Shown: piece after piece, positions 37,402 to 47,994 of the stretch
Position numbering within the stretch: position 1 is the first letter of the stretch
How the letters are laid out: every line of letters starts with the position of its first letter
Position numbers and translations under genes: made by a program
NCBI GenBank assembly: GCA_030429665.1
Contig: JAUIEZ010000003.1
Span: forward strand, 17,885 to 81,884
Source: Gammaproteobacteria bacterium
GTDB taxonomy: Bacteria; Pseudomonadota; Gammaproteobacteria; Arenicellales; CAJQKF01
DNA length: 64,000 nucleotides
Direction of reading: 5' to 3'
The notes under the pieces: generated by a model
Database searches by the model: none
Told to the model about the DNA's origin: nothing
What the model saw: the letters and a program-made list of their open reading frames with translations, nothing else

Positions 37402-38210
37402 GCGCGGCGGAAAGACGGCGTATCGCCGACGTTCTGGCGTCTCTCGACAAGACGCAACAGGCCATGTGCGACGCCGGTGATCCCAACGCCTATTTCGTCG
37501 CGCTGTACCGCGCCACGACCGCCAAGTGCCTGTGGCTCGAAACGGCGATCCTGGACGCAGGCCACCCGGGGCATGCCGGCCACCGTCATCTCGACGCACG
37601 ACTGATCCACGATATCGTGACCCATTTCGAGCCGCGTTATTCGTTCGCGGTTTCGCGACGGGCGGCTGGCGACCTCGACCCGCGCAACCCCTGGCGAGGC
37701 GTTCTTCGTCACGCCGTCGAGGGCAGTCCCACCAGTATCCTGCTGCTCGGCGCCCACACCCACATCGGCTTCGACCTACCCGCGGTGCTGGCCGGCGACC
37801 TCGCCAACGGCGCGCCCCTGTTCGATGCCGCCGACCCACGCCAATCGCATACGCTGTCGGCGCTCAATCGACTTTTCATCGCCGAGTTGCCGGCCATCGC
37901 CGACAACGTACACGCCGCCGAATCGGTGTTCGCGCGACGGGGGTTGCCCAACGTCGGCGGCACCGCCAGATGGCTGTACTCGCGTCGCATCAGGACAATC
38001 GCCGCGCCGGCGCTTCGACTGCTGCTCGGCGCGGCACGCGCCGAAGCTCATCGAAACGCCGACCGGCTGCGGCGCGGCAAGATCGACGAAGCACGCCTTG
38101 GCGCGATGATCGACCGTCGCAATCGTCGCTTCCTGGCCGCATGGCGCGCTGCCGGGCGCACCCGGCGTTGCCGGGAGACCGACGGATACGCCCGCACCCT
38201 CGCGCCGTGA
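37398..38210 (+). CDS. Hypothetical protein (270 aa), possibly DUF5995-like
   Basis: A GTG at 37398 overlaps the upstream TGA (GTGA). It is the only sensible part of the 809-aa track ORF: VSAAERRRIADVLASLDKTQQAMCDAGDPNAYFVALYRATT... The family assignment is weak. Confidence 0.5.
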   Translation: MSAAERRRIADVLASLDKTQQAMCDAGDPNAYFVALYRATTAKCLWLETAILDAGHPGHAGHRHLDARLIHDIVTHFEPRYSFAVSRRAAGDLDPRNPWRGVLRHAVEGSPTSILLLGAHTHIGFDLPAVLAGDLANGAPLFDAADPRQSHTLSALNRLFIAELPAIADNVHAAESVFARRGLPNVGGTARWLYSRRIRTIAAPALRLLLGAARAEAHRNADRLRRGKIDEARLGAMIDRRNRRFLAAWRAAGRTRRCRETDGYARTLAP

Positions 38211-38220
38211 CGCGCGCCTC

Positions 38221-40377
38221 ATGATCCGGCCGGCGGCGTGGCCGGGCATTCTCTTCGTGCTCGCCGTGTTGACCGCGATCACGGCCACCGGGCTCGCGTC
38301 GCTGCGCTTCGACGACGACTACAAGGCGATCTTTCGCGGCAGTGACGGGCGCTACAAGGCATACCTCGCCTTTCTCGAGCGGTTTCCCGCCGAGGAGCGC
38401 AACCTGCTCGCGGTCGTGCACGGACCTGTCCTCTCCGCCCGGGGCGTGCGGGCGCTGCTCGACCTGGAAGAGGCCCTGTTCGACCACCCGGCCGTCGTCG
38501 CCGTGTACTTGCCGGTTACGCCGCCCCGCCTGCGCACGCTGGCCGAGCGCTTCATCGCGTCCGGCGACCCGGACACGCTCGCCCACCTGGTCGCGCGCGC
38601 GACGCGACACCCGGTGCTGTCCCGGGGCATGTTGTCAGCCGACGGCGACACGGCGCTGGTGGTGGCCGCGTTGCGCGACCGGTTCGGCGAACCGGGTCCG
38701 GTGGTCGAATCGGTGCACCAATCGATGGCGGCCGTTCTCGAGCCGGCCGGAATCGGTCTGAACCTGGGCGGCATACCGGCGGTTCGCGCCGCGCTGAAAT
38801 CCCAGGTACGCCACGACCAGTTCCTCTTCGACGCACTCGCGGCGATTCTGGCGACCGGGGTCGCCTTGTGGCTGTTCCGGTCCGCGCGGGTGGTTGCCGC
38901 GGCGGCAATCGGCCCAGTGCTCGGCGTATGGTGGACGCTCGGCGCCATGGGACTCGCGGGACTATCCATCAACGTACTGACCCAGATGGTCGCTGCGCTG
39001 GTGCTCGTGGTGGGTTACACGGACGCCGTCCACGTGACGACCCACCTGCGCGAATCGCTCGCCCGCGGCCTGTCCGGCGCGGATGCCGCGCGCCGCGCCT
39101 GGCGCGACATCGGCCCGGCGTGCCTGGTCACCTCGCTCACCACGGCGGCCGGGTTCGCGTCGCTGCTGCTGTCGGACGCTTGGATGATTCGCCAGTTCGG
39201 CCTGGTGTGCGCGCTCGGTTCACTGACGGTATTCGCGGCCGTCATGCTGAGCGTGCCGCTCACCGCGCGCGTGATCGCGTCGGCACCGAACCACGCTCGC
39301 GACCGTACCCTGTCTATCGATATCCTGCGCCGCTTGCGACGACACCCGGCGGCGGTCGTCGTCGCCGGGCTCGTCGTCAGCGCGATACTGGTACTGACGG
39401 CAATACAGGTTCGTCCCGACTACGCCTTCAAGGAAAACCTGCCGCGCGGCCACGACGTACGCGCCGCGTTCGAACGCGCCGACCGCGAACTCGGCGGGCT
39501 GTTGCCGATCACCGTCGTGGTCAACATCGGACCCGGTGCGTCGGCCGGCGATCTCGTCGGGGCGGCCGGCCTCGTCGCGAACCGGCTGCGCGACCGGACC
39601 GGTCTTGCATGGCTGGGCATCGCCGACTTCGCCGCCCTCGTACCGCTGGACGGCGTCGACGCACTGCCCGACGCGTTGCGCGACGATTTGCTGGATGCCG
39701 AGGCGGGCATGACGGTGGTGAGCACGGTGCTGCCGGACCACGGCGCACGCGCGACCGTCGACACGATCGGTCGCGTTCGCGCCGCACTCTCCGACCTCGA
39801 CGCCGGCGGCGGCGCGTTCGACCTGGAGATCACCGGCATCGCGGCGCTGGCGGCCACCGGGAGCCGTCACATGATCGCCGATCTCGGTCGCAGCCTGGCG
39901 ACGGCCGCGGCGGCCGTGTTCGCCGTGATCGCGTTGCTGCTGCGCTCGGTTCGGCTCGGCCTCGTCAGCCTCGTTCCCAACGTTGCGCCAATCGCCATGG
40001 TGGCGGCGATGCTGGTTTGGCTGGGCGAGCCGCTGAGCTACGCCTGCGTGCTGGTGTTCACCATTTGCCTGGGGCTGGCGGTCGATGACACGGTGCACGT
40101 GATCATGCGCTTTCGACGCGAACGCGCCGCCGGCCGCGATGTCGACAGCGCGCTGGATGCCACGCTGGGCGGCACCGGCCGGGTGCTGATCGCGACCACC
40201 TTGATCCTGGCGGCTGGCTTCGCGGCGCTGACGGCCAGCGCGACGCCCATGGTCGTGCTGCTCGGCGCGCTGTCGTGCCTGGCGATCGTCACCGCGCTGG
40301 TTTTCGACCTGACGTTTCTGCCCGCGTTGCTCGCCCTGACGGCGACCGGGCCGCCGTCGGGCGGTAGCGGCAGATGA
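38221..40377 (+). CDS. MMPL/RND-superfamily exporter (HpnN-like, 12 TM)
   Basis: 718 aa with two 6-TM bundles, each preceded by a soluble loop. SSD-like segments (GYTDAVHVTTHL, GLAVDDTVHVIMRF). Starts 10 nt after the upstream stop. Confidence 0.75.
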   Translation: MIRPAAWPGILFVLAVLTAITATGLASLRFDDDYKAIFRGSDGRYKAYLAFLERFPAEERNLLAVVHGPVLSARGVRALLDLEEALFDHPAVVAVYLPVTPPRLRTLAERFIASGDPDTLAHLVARATRHPVLSRGMLSADGDTALVVAALRDRFGEPGPVVESVHQSMAAVLEPAGIGLNLGGIPAVRAALKSQVRHDQFLFDALAAILATGVALWLFRSARVVAAAAIGPVLGVWWTLGAMGLAGLSINVLTQMVAALVLVVGYTDAVHVTTHLRESLARGLSGADAARRAWRDIGPACLVTSLTTAAGFASLLLSDAWMIRQFGLVCALGSLTVFAAVMLSVPLTARVIASAPNHARDRTLSIDILRRLRRHPAAVVVAGLVVSAILVLTAIQVRPDYAFKENLPRGHDVRAAFERADRELGGLLPITVVVNIGPGASAGDLVGAAGLVANRLRDRTGLAWLGIADFAALVPLDGVDALPDALRDDLLDAEAGMTVVSTVLPDHGARATVDTIGRVRAALSDLDAGGGAFDLEITGIAALAATGSRHMIADLGRSLATAAAAVFAVIALLLRSVRLGLVSLVPNVAPIAMVAAMLVWLGEPLSYACVLVFTICLGLAVDDTVHVIMRFRRERAAGRDVDSALDATLGGTGRVLIATTLILAAGFAALTASATPMVVLLGALSCLAIVTALVFDLTFLPALLALTATGPPSGGSGR

Positions 40378-41122
40378 TGACGATGGACAGGGCACGGTCA
40401 TCGAGAACCCGCCGGTCGAAGTCGCCGTGGCATGCTTCGACGACGAATCCGTGGGCGGACAGCCGCGCACGGAGTTCGTCGGCATCGGTGAAACGGCAGG
40501 CGATGCGGCTGACGCGGCAGTGCGGCTCGCCACCCGTCGTCCGACGCCGGTACGTGGTCCAGTGCATGATGCGGGCGCCGGCGTCGTAGCGCTGCGTGCC
40601 GCTGACCGTGACGACATCGCCGTCGGCATCCACGTAACGGTTCCAGGGCGATTCCTCGGGACGATCGACCAGGTCGTGACTCGACGGGTTGCGCGTCTCG
40701 AAGGCGAGTACACCGCCGGCGACGAGATGACGCGCCACCGAGTCCATCAGCGCGTCCTGGTCGGCGTCGGTCAGGAAAGCCTGGAAAGCATTGCCGGTGA
40801 GATAGACGAGCTCGAACCGGCGTCCGAGGGCGAGCGTAAGCGCGTCACCCTCGATCCAGTCGATGTCGAGCGCATGCGACGCGGCCTTTCGTCGTGCGTG
40901 GTCCAGCATGGTCCGGGAAATGTCAGTACCCGCGATATCGACGCCCCGCGCCGCGACCGGCAACGTCACCAGGCCCGTGCCGCAGGCGATCTCCAGGACC
41001 GGGCCGCCAACCCGTTCGGCGAGGTCGCCGTAAAACCGCGCCGCCGGCTCGGTGGCCGTTCCCTCCTCGATATCGTAGTTGCGGGGGTCTGCGAACTCTT
41101 CGAGATTGTCGTGATCGATCAT
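40289..41122 (-). CDS. Class I SAM-dependent methyltransferase
   Basis: Start re-set to ATG 41122: MIDHDNLEEF...VLEIACGTGLVTLPVAARG...DISRTML. The 3' end overlaps the convergent MMPL gene by 89 nt. Confidence 0.75.
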   Translation of the reverse strand: MIDHDNLEEFADPRNYDIEEGTATEPAARFYGDLAERVGGPVLEIACGTGLVTLPVAARGVDIAGTDISRTMLDHARRKAASHALDIDWIEGDALTLALGRRFELVYLTGNAFQAFLTDADQDALMDSVARHLVAGGVLAFETRNPSSHDLVDRPEESPWNRYVDADGDVVTVSGTQRYDAGARIMHWTTYRRRTTGGEPHCRVSRIACRFTDADELRARLSAHGFVVEACHGDFDRRVLDDRALSIVIICRYRPTAARSPSGRATRAETSGRKPAR

Positions 41123-41329
41123 CGCTTCCAGGTCGCCCGTACCGGGACCAGCCAAGGAAATGCCGCCCGAATTGCCTGATGGTACGTGAAGCGGAGTGAG
41201 CATACGCGGCCCGTTATCCGCTCATGCCGCTTCGCCCGTCACGTCATCGGCAATGCGTCGGCGCGCGTGGCTTTCTCCCGGGACGGCGACACCTTCTCGT
41301 TGATTGCCAGAGACGACCGAGCCAAGACC

Positions 41330-41854
41330 TCACCGGGCGCCCTCGCGGCCGCCATCGCCATCCGCGACGGCGCTGCCGGCCAGCGCCTTGGCCAGGTACA
41401 CGCGGTCGTAACCGCGCTCGTTTCGCCGCGCGGTCTCCTCGTATCCGAGCCGTCGATACAGTTCGATGTTCTCGGTCATGAGGGCGTGGGTGTACAGCTC
41501 GAGCGTCGCGTGCCCGCGACGCCGCGCTTCGCGCTCCGCGAGCGCGATGAGCGCGCGGCCGACACCCTGTCCCTGGCGGGACGGATCGACCGCGACGTTG
41601 TCCAGCAGCATGCCATCCCCGGTTCGCACCAGCACCAGGACGCCGATCACGCCCGCGTTCGCGACGGCGACGAACACGTCGTGCTCGCGAATCATCTTCG
41701 CGTAGTCATCCAGCATGGGACCGGGCGGCTTGCCGATACGCTCGACGTAGCGGGCGTAAGCCGCGTGCACGCAGCGCGTGACGTCGGCGGCATCCACCGG
41801 CAGTGCCCGGCGCAGTCGGAAGCCGCCGCGGTCGGCAACGTGGCTCTTTCGCAT
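41330..41854 (-). CDS. GNAT family N-acetyltransferase
   Basis: VAVDPSRQGQGVGRALIALAEREARRRG acetyl-CoA-binding motif A. Confidence 0.8.
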   Translation of the reverse strand: MRKSHVADRGGFRLRRALPVDAADVTRCVHAAYARYVERIGKPPGPMLDDYAKMIREHDVFVAVANAGVIGVLVLVRTGDGMLLDNVAVDPSRQGQGVGRALIALAEREARRRGHATLELYTHALMTENIELYRRLGYEETARRNERGYDRVYLAKALAGSAVADGDGGREGAR

Positions 41855-41968
41855 CTCGGGATCCCGGCAGGCGATTTACCCGGCAGGATGCGCGGCCGAC
41901 CACCGGGTGTCAACGCGTCGCAATGCGCGCTTGCCGGTGCGGCACGATTGCTCTACGTTAGCGCTGTC

Positions 41969-42820
41969 ATGGACAACAGCCCGTCGATACCTGCCTTCAA
42001 TGTCGTCGACGACGACGCGCGCGCCTTTTTCGAAGGGCATGGCGTGGTCTGCCTGCGCGGCGCCGTGGACGGGCAATGCCTGGACTGGGCCCGATCCGGT
42101 ATCGCGGAAAGTATCGCCAATCCCGGGACCTTCTTCCGCGACCAGACACCGGACGGATCACCGGCACGGTACCTGTTCGACTACTGGAACTGGCAGCGCA
42201 TCGACGGCCTGAAAAAGCTCGTGCTCGACTCGAACCTGGCGTCGACGGTCGCCTCGCTCGTCGGCGCCGGTTCGCTCAATCTACTGATGGACAACTGGTT
42301 CCTGCGCGAGGCCGGCGCAACCAACGGGGCGCCGTGGCACCACGACGAGCCCTACTTCGACTTCGTCGGCGGTCGCAAGGTGGTGCTCTGGTTTCCGCTC
42401 GAACCGGCCTCGCGCGACGAGGGACTGACGTTCCTGTCGGGTTCGCATCGATGGGGACGACTCTACATGCCGCAGAACTTTCGCGAACACCGGCCGTTCG
42501 AAGGCGACATGACCGACTACCATGCCGCCGACGATGTCGAATCCAGCGACGCGCCGCGACTGGCCTGGGACCTGTCGGCCGGCGACTGCCTGGTCTTCGA
42601 TTTTCGCACCTTGCACCGGGCCACCAATGTCGACGACCCCCTGCCCCGCACCATTCACCGCATGTCGCTGCGCTACGGGAACGAGGACGTGGTGTTTCAC
42701 CCGCGCGGGGAATGGACCGACGAGATCACGCGCCACCTCCTGGCGCTCGGCCAACGCATCGACGCGCCCCTGGACTGCGAACTGCTGCCGCGGGTTCACC
42801 CGGATTCCCGGGTCGGATAG
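41969..42820 (+). CDS. Phytanoyl-CoA dioxygenase (PhyH) family Fe(II)/2-oxoglutarate oxygenase
   Basis: Start re-set to ATG 41969 (MDNSPSIPAFNVV...). WHHDEPYF HxD motif and a distal LHRAT His. Confidence 0.75.
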   Translation: MDNSPSIPAFNVVDDDARAFFEGHGVVCLRGAVDGQCLDWARSGIAESIANPGTFFRDQTPDGSPARYLFDYWNWQRIDGLKKLVLDSNLASTVASLVGAGSLNLLMDNWFLREAGATNGAPWHHDEPYFDFVGGRKVVLWFPLEPASRDEGLTFLSGSHRWGRLYMPQNFREHRPFEGDMTDYHAADDVESSDAPRLAWDLSAGDCLVFDFRTLHRATNVDDPLPRTIHRMSLRYGNEDVVFHPRGEWTDEITRHLLALGQRIDAPLDCELLPRVHPDSRVG

Positions 42821-42841
42821 CGGCCGCCCGAACCGGGCCGG

Positions 42842-43384
42842 CTATACCTCGATCTCGTCGCCACCCCGGACCGACGCGAACGGCACCGACAATGCCGCCA
42901 TGAACGCGGACTGTACGTCGGCGGCCGACACCTTGCGGCCGCCGAACTCGAGGTCGCGCGTGGCGCAGGCATCGGCGGCAACCGTGCAGGCGTAGCCGAG
43001 ATCGAAGGCGGCGCGCGTCGTGGTATCGATGCACATGTGCGTCATGGCGCCGCAGATGACGAGCCCCTCGACGCCGGCGTCCCTCAGCTGTTCGTCCAGG
43101 TCGGTGTCGCGAAAGGCGCTGGGGAAGTTTTTCCGGACCAACGGCTCGTCGGCTTGCGGCGCGGCGGCGGGGTGGATCTCGCAGCCCTCGGTGCCCGGAA
43201 CGAAAAACGTGGCGCCGGGTCGCGTCGACAGGTGCTGGACGTGATAGACCGGGGCGCCGGCCGCGCGGAAGCGGTCCAGCAGGTTCGAAACCCGGCTCGC
43301 GGCCGCGTCCATCCCCACCAGCGGCAGGGCGCCGCCTTCGAAGTAATCGTTCTGCACATCGACTATCAGCAACGCGTTTGTCAT
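42842..43384 (-). CDS. Isochorismatase-family cysteine hydrolase
   Basis: MTNALLIVDVQNDYF...LVICGAMTHMCIDTT catalytic D/K/C pattern. Confidence 0.85.
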   Translation of the reverse strand: MTNALLIVDVQNDYFEGGALPLVGMDAAASRVSNLLDRFRAAGAPVYHVQHLSTRPGATFFVPGTEGCEIHPAAAPQADEPLVRKNFPSAFRDTDLDEQLRDAGVEGLVICGAMTHMCIDTTTRAAFDLGYACTVAADACATRDLEFGGRKVSAADVQSAFMAALSVPFASVRGGDEIEV

Positions 43385-43501
43385 GACCCGGCTCCCGTGG
43401 CGAATTCAATGGTGGCGCAAGCCTAGTCGAAGAGGCTTCGGCAAACCAGCACCGGGTAACGATCGACGCGCGATTCGCTTTCCGAACGGTTGCGGTCGAG
43501 G

Positions 43502-44909
<1,408 letters not shown>

Positions 44910-44917
<8 letters not shown>

Positions 44918-45968
44918 CGTATGGCTCCAGCGGGAGAATCACCGTGAACGTCGTGTCGCCGGGCTCGCTGCGGCATTCGATGCGGCCCTTGTGACGACTG
45001 ACGATCTCCTGGGCCAGGGACAGGCCGAGGCCCGTACCGTCGGCGCGGCCGGTGACCAGTGGATAGAACATTTTTTCCTGAAGTTCCGCCGGCACGCCGG
45101 GCCCGTCGTCGTGCACCTCGGCCCTGAGGACTTGTCGATAGAGCACACCGCCCACCGACTGGCGCCGGCCGATACGGGTTCGCAAGGTGATGCGGCCCTT
45201 GTCGCCGATCGCCTGGGCGGCGTTTCTCACGATGTTCAGAAAGACCTGGGTGAGACCGTCGCGTTCCGCGACGATGTCGGGCAACGAGGGGTCGTAGTCG
45301 CGGTAGATGGTGATGCGACCCTGTACCTCGGCCTGCACCAGCTTGAATACGTGCTGCAGGACTTCGTGCAGGTTGAGTTGCTCCCGGCGCACCAGCAGGT
45401 AGGGCGCCGTCATGCGGTCGACCAGCTTGGTCAGCCTGTCCGCTTCGTGGGTGATGATGCGGGTGAACTCGCGCAGTTCGCCGGGCGGCAGTTCGCGGTC
45501 CAGCAGTTGCGCCGCGCCGCGCAGTCCGCCGAGAGGGTTCTTTATCTCGTGGGCGAGGCCGCGGATCATGCTGCGGGTGGCCGACTGGCGTTCCGACAGC
45601 CACGAATCGCGCGCCAGTTTCACCAGGCTGTCGACCCGCCACAACTCCAGCATCAGGCCGAGCTCGTCGCCCACCTCGATCAGCGGCGTTACCGTGCAGT
45701 CGACGAGTATCGGCTCGCCGCCGAGCGGCACGCGCAACGGCATCTCGCGCAGCGTGTAGGTCTGGCCGAAGCGCAACGCCTTGTCCAGCACCTCGACAAG
45801 TTCCGGATGCTCCCCGACCACCCGCGCCACCGGCTTGGACCGCGCACGACGTTCGCTGACGTCGAGCAGGTCCTCCGCGGCGGGATTGAGCCTGTGCACC
45901 GTCAGGTCGTCGCCGAGAACGACGATCGCGGTATTCTGGGCCTTGAAGAGGTAATTCGAGTCGAACAT
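44910..45968 (-). CDS. glnL: Nitrogen regulation sensor kinase NtrB
   Basis: The track start is a TTG; the first ATG, 45968, gives MFDSNYLFKAQNTAIVVLGDDLTVHRLNPAAEDLL (PAS). H-box GLAHEIKNPLGG, plus N and G boxes. Confidence 0.85.
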
Positions 45969-45986
45969 CCGAGCAAACGGTGGTTT

Positions 45987-46003
45987 TGCACCATCATGGT
46001 GCA
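45987..46003. promoter_or_regulatory. Perfect NtrC-type palindrome TGCACCATCATGGTGCA just upstream of ntrB
   Basis: 17-bp perfect inverted repeat matching TGCACC-N5-GGTGCA, 19 nt upstream of ATG 45968. Confidence 0.6.
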
Positions 46004-46017
46004 AAATGCCGGAAAGT

Positions 46018-46048
46018 AAAGGCGCCCCGGTCCCGCCGGGGCGCCTTT
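46018..46048 (-). terminator. 13-bp perfect stem-loop between glnA and ntrB (partial terminator/attenuator)
   Basis: AAAGGCGCCCCGG / loop 5 nt / CCGGGGCGCCTTT, 6 nt after the glnA stop, followed on the minus strand by ACTTTCCGGCATTTTGC (a weak U-tract). Confidence 0.55.
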
Positions 46049-46053
46049 GCGCG

Positions 46054-47463
46054 TTAGACGCTGTAGTACATGTCGAACTCGCAAGGGTGAGTGGACATGC
46101 GGAAGCGGTTCACCTCGCCCATTTTCAGGTCGATGTAGGCGTCGATGGTATCGTCCGTCATGACACCCCCGGCCTTGAGGAAGTCGCGGTCGGCATCGAG
46201 CGCCTCCAGCGCCATCTCCAGGGAGTGGGCGACCGTCGGAATGGCCTTCTCTTCCTCGGGCGGCAGGTCGTAGAGGTCCTTGTCCATGGCGTCGCCGGGA
46301 TGGATCTTGTTCTGGATGCCGTCGAGGCCCGCCATGAGCAGCGCGACGAAGGTCAGGTACGGGTTGCCGGCCGCATCCGGGAAACGCACCTCGACGCGTC
46401 GTGCCTTGGGGTTGGACACCCACGGAATACGACAGGACGCCGAGCGGTTGCGCGCCGAGTACGCCAGCAGCACCGGAGCCTCGAAACCGGGCACCAGGCG
46501 CTTGTAGCTGTTGGTGGCCGAATTGGTGAAGGCGTTCACCGCGCGGGCGTGCTTGAAGATGCCGCCCAGGTAGTAGAGCGCGGTTTCGGACAGCCCACCG
46601 TACTCCTCGCCGGCAAACAGGTTGTTGCCGCCCTTGAAAATCGACTGATGGCAGTGCATGCCGCTGCCGTTGTCACCGACCAGGGGCTTGGGCATGAAGG
46701 TGGCGGTCATGCCGTGGACGTGGGCGACGTTGTGCACGACGTACTTGAACATTTGCAGCTCGTCGGCCTTGCGCACCATGGTGTTGAACTTGATGCCGAT
46801 CTCGCACTGCCCGGCGGTGCCCACCTCGTGGTGATGCACTTCGGCTTCCATGCCCATTTCCATGCACGCCAGCACCATGGCCGACCGCAGGTCCTGCAGG
46901 GAGTCGACCGGCGGCACGGGGAAGTAGCCGCCCTTGACCTTGGGTCGGTGACCGATATTGCCCTCGGCGTATTCCTTGTTGGTGTTCCACGATGCCTCGT
47001 TGGACTCGACCTCGTAGAAAACACGACCCATGTCGTCGCCCCAGCGCACCGAGTCGAAGACGAAGAACTCGGGCTCGGGCCCGAAGTACACCTCGTCGCC
47101 GATGCCGGTGGAACGCACGTACGCCTCGGCACGCTTGGCGATGGACCGCGGGTCACGGTCGTAGCCCTGCATGTTGGACGGCTCGATGATGTCGCAGCGA
47201 ATCAGCAAGGTCTTGTCCTGCATGAACGGGTCCATCACCGCGCTCTCGGCGTCGGGCATCAGGATCATGTCGGACTCGTTGATGCCCTTCCAGCCGGCGA
47301 TCGACGAGCCGTCGAACATCTTGCCTTCCTCGAAATCGTCCTCGCTAACGATGTGCGCGGGCACCGAAACGTGCTGCTCCTTGCCCTTGGTGTCGGTAAA
47401 GCGGAAATCGACGAACTTTACATCGTCGTCTTTGATCATCTTCAGCACGTCAGCTGCTGACAT
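46054..47463 (-). CDS. glnA: Glutamine synthetase type I
   Basis: Start re-set to ATG 47463: [31 protein letters not shown]...; the adenylylation-site region and all GSI blocks are present; ends ...CEFDMYYSV. Confidence 0.95.
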   Translation of the reverse strand: MSAADVLKMIKDDDVKFVDFRFTDTKGKEQHVSVPAHIVSEDDFEEGKMFDGSSIAGWKGINESDMILMPDAESAVMDPFMQDKTLLIRCDIIEPSNMQGYDRDPRSIAKRAEAYVRSTGIGDEVYFGPEPEFFVFDSVRWGDDMGRVFYEVESNEASWNTNKEYAEGNIGHRPKVKGGYFPVPPVDSLQDLRSAMVLACMEMGMEAEVHHHEVGTAGQCEIGIKFNTMVRKADELQMFKYVVHNVAHVHGMTATFMPKPLVGDNGSGMHCHQSIFKGGNNLFAGEEYGGLSETALYYLGGIFKHARAVNAFTNSATNSYKRLVPGFEAPVLLAYSARNRSASCRIPWVSNPKARRVEVRFPDAAGNPYLTFVALLMAGLDGIQNKIHPGDAMDKDLYDLPPEEEKAIPTVAHSLEMALEALDADRDFLKAGGVMTDDTIDAYIDLKMGEVNRFRMSTHPCEFDMYYSV

Positions 47464-47554
47464 TTTGCTTGTCCTCGGTTCTCGTAAAGTGTGCATGACA
47501 TCCGGTCCGATCAAGCGGCCGGAACCAGCCGTTAAGCTCGCGAGTTCCCTTGTC

Positions 47555-47570
47555 AGCAATTGGCATGCCA
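47555..47570 (-). promoter_or_regulatory. Sigma-54 (-24/-12) promoter of glnA: TGGCATGCCAATTGCT
   Basis: The minus strand reads TGGCATG-N4-TTGCT with the canonical GG/GC spacing, about 90-105 nt upstream of the glnA ATG. Confidence 0.7.
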
Positions 47571-47621
47571 ACTTTCGGTGCACGGAAAATCAGGGGGATA
47601 GACGATGTATAGGGCGACATC

Positions 47622-47669
47622 TGCACTATAATAGTGCGACTTAGTGAATAATGCACTATTCTTGTGCAG
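47622..47669. promoter_or_regulatory. Two tandem NtrC-type enhancer sites upstream of glnAp (sigma-54)
   Basis: TGCACTATAATAGTGCG (47622..47638) and TGCACTATTCTTGTGCA (47653..47669), each TGCAC-N7-GTGCR, 31 bp apart (about three helical turns), 55-100 bp upstream of the -24 element. Confidence 0.6.
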
Positions 47670-47738
47670 TTATCGGCGACACGGGCGCACAAGGATTGGA
47701 CAGGCGAGGCGGCAGGGTCAGAATCGGGCGCCGATTCG

Positions 47739-47978
47739 TTATGCCGCACTTTCCTGGATTTCGACCACCACCGTGATCAGGTCGCCCTCCTCGCGAGTCT
47801 CGACGACGCGGTGCCCGTGCACCCGGCTCCAAGCGGGAATGTCGTTCAGGGCGCCCGGATCGGTGCACAGCACCACCACCCGTGTTCCCGGCGGCTGGTC
47901 CTCGGCCGCCGCCTGGCAGCGGATCACCGGCATGGGACACAGGAGATGGCGGGCGTCGACCTCGATGGTTTCCGGCAT
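47739..47978 (-). CDS. TusA/SirA-family sulfur carrier protein
   Basis: 79 aa with the LCPMPV active-site Cys motif. Confidence 0.75.
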   Translation of the reverse strand: MPETIEVDARHLLCPMPVIRCQAAAEDQPPGTRVVVLCTDPGALNDIPAWSRVHGHRVVETREEGDLITVVVEIQESAA

Positions 47979-47994
47979 TGGCGGGGACTATCCG

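Noticed and set aside
47559-47570. 12-bp perfect palindrome TTGGCATGCCAA upstream of glnA
   Set aside because: It coincides with the -24 element of the sigma-54 promoter (TGGCATG...). Its palindromic nature is most simply a by-product of that, and no separate operator is claimed.
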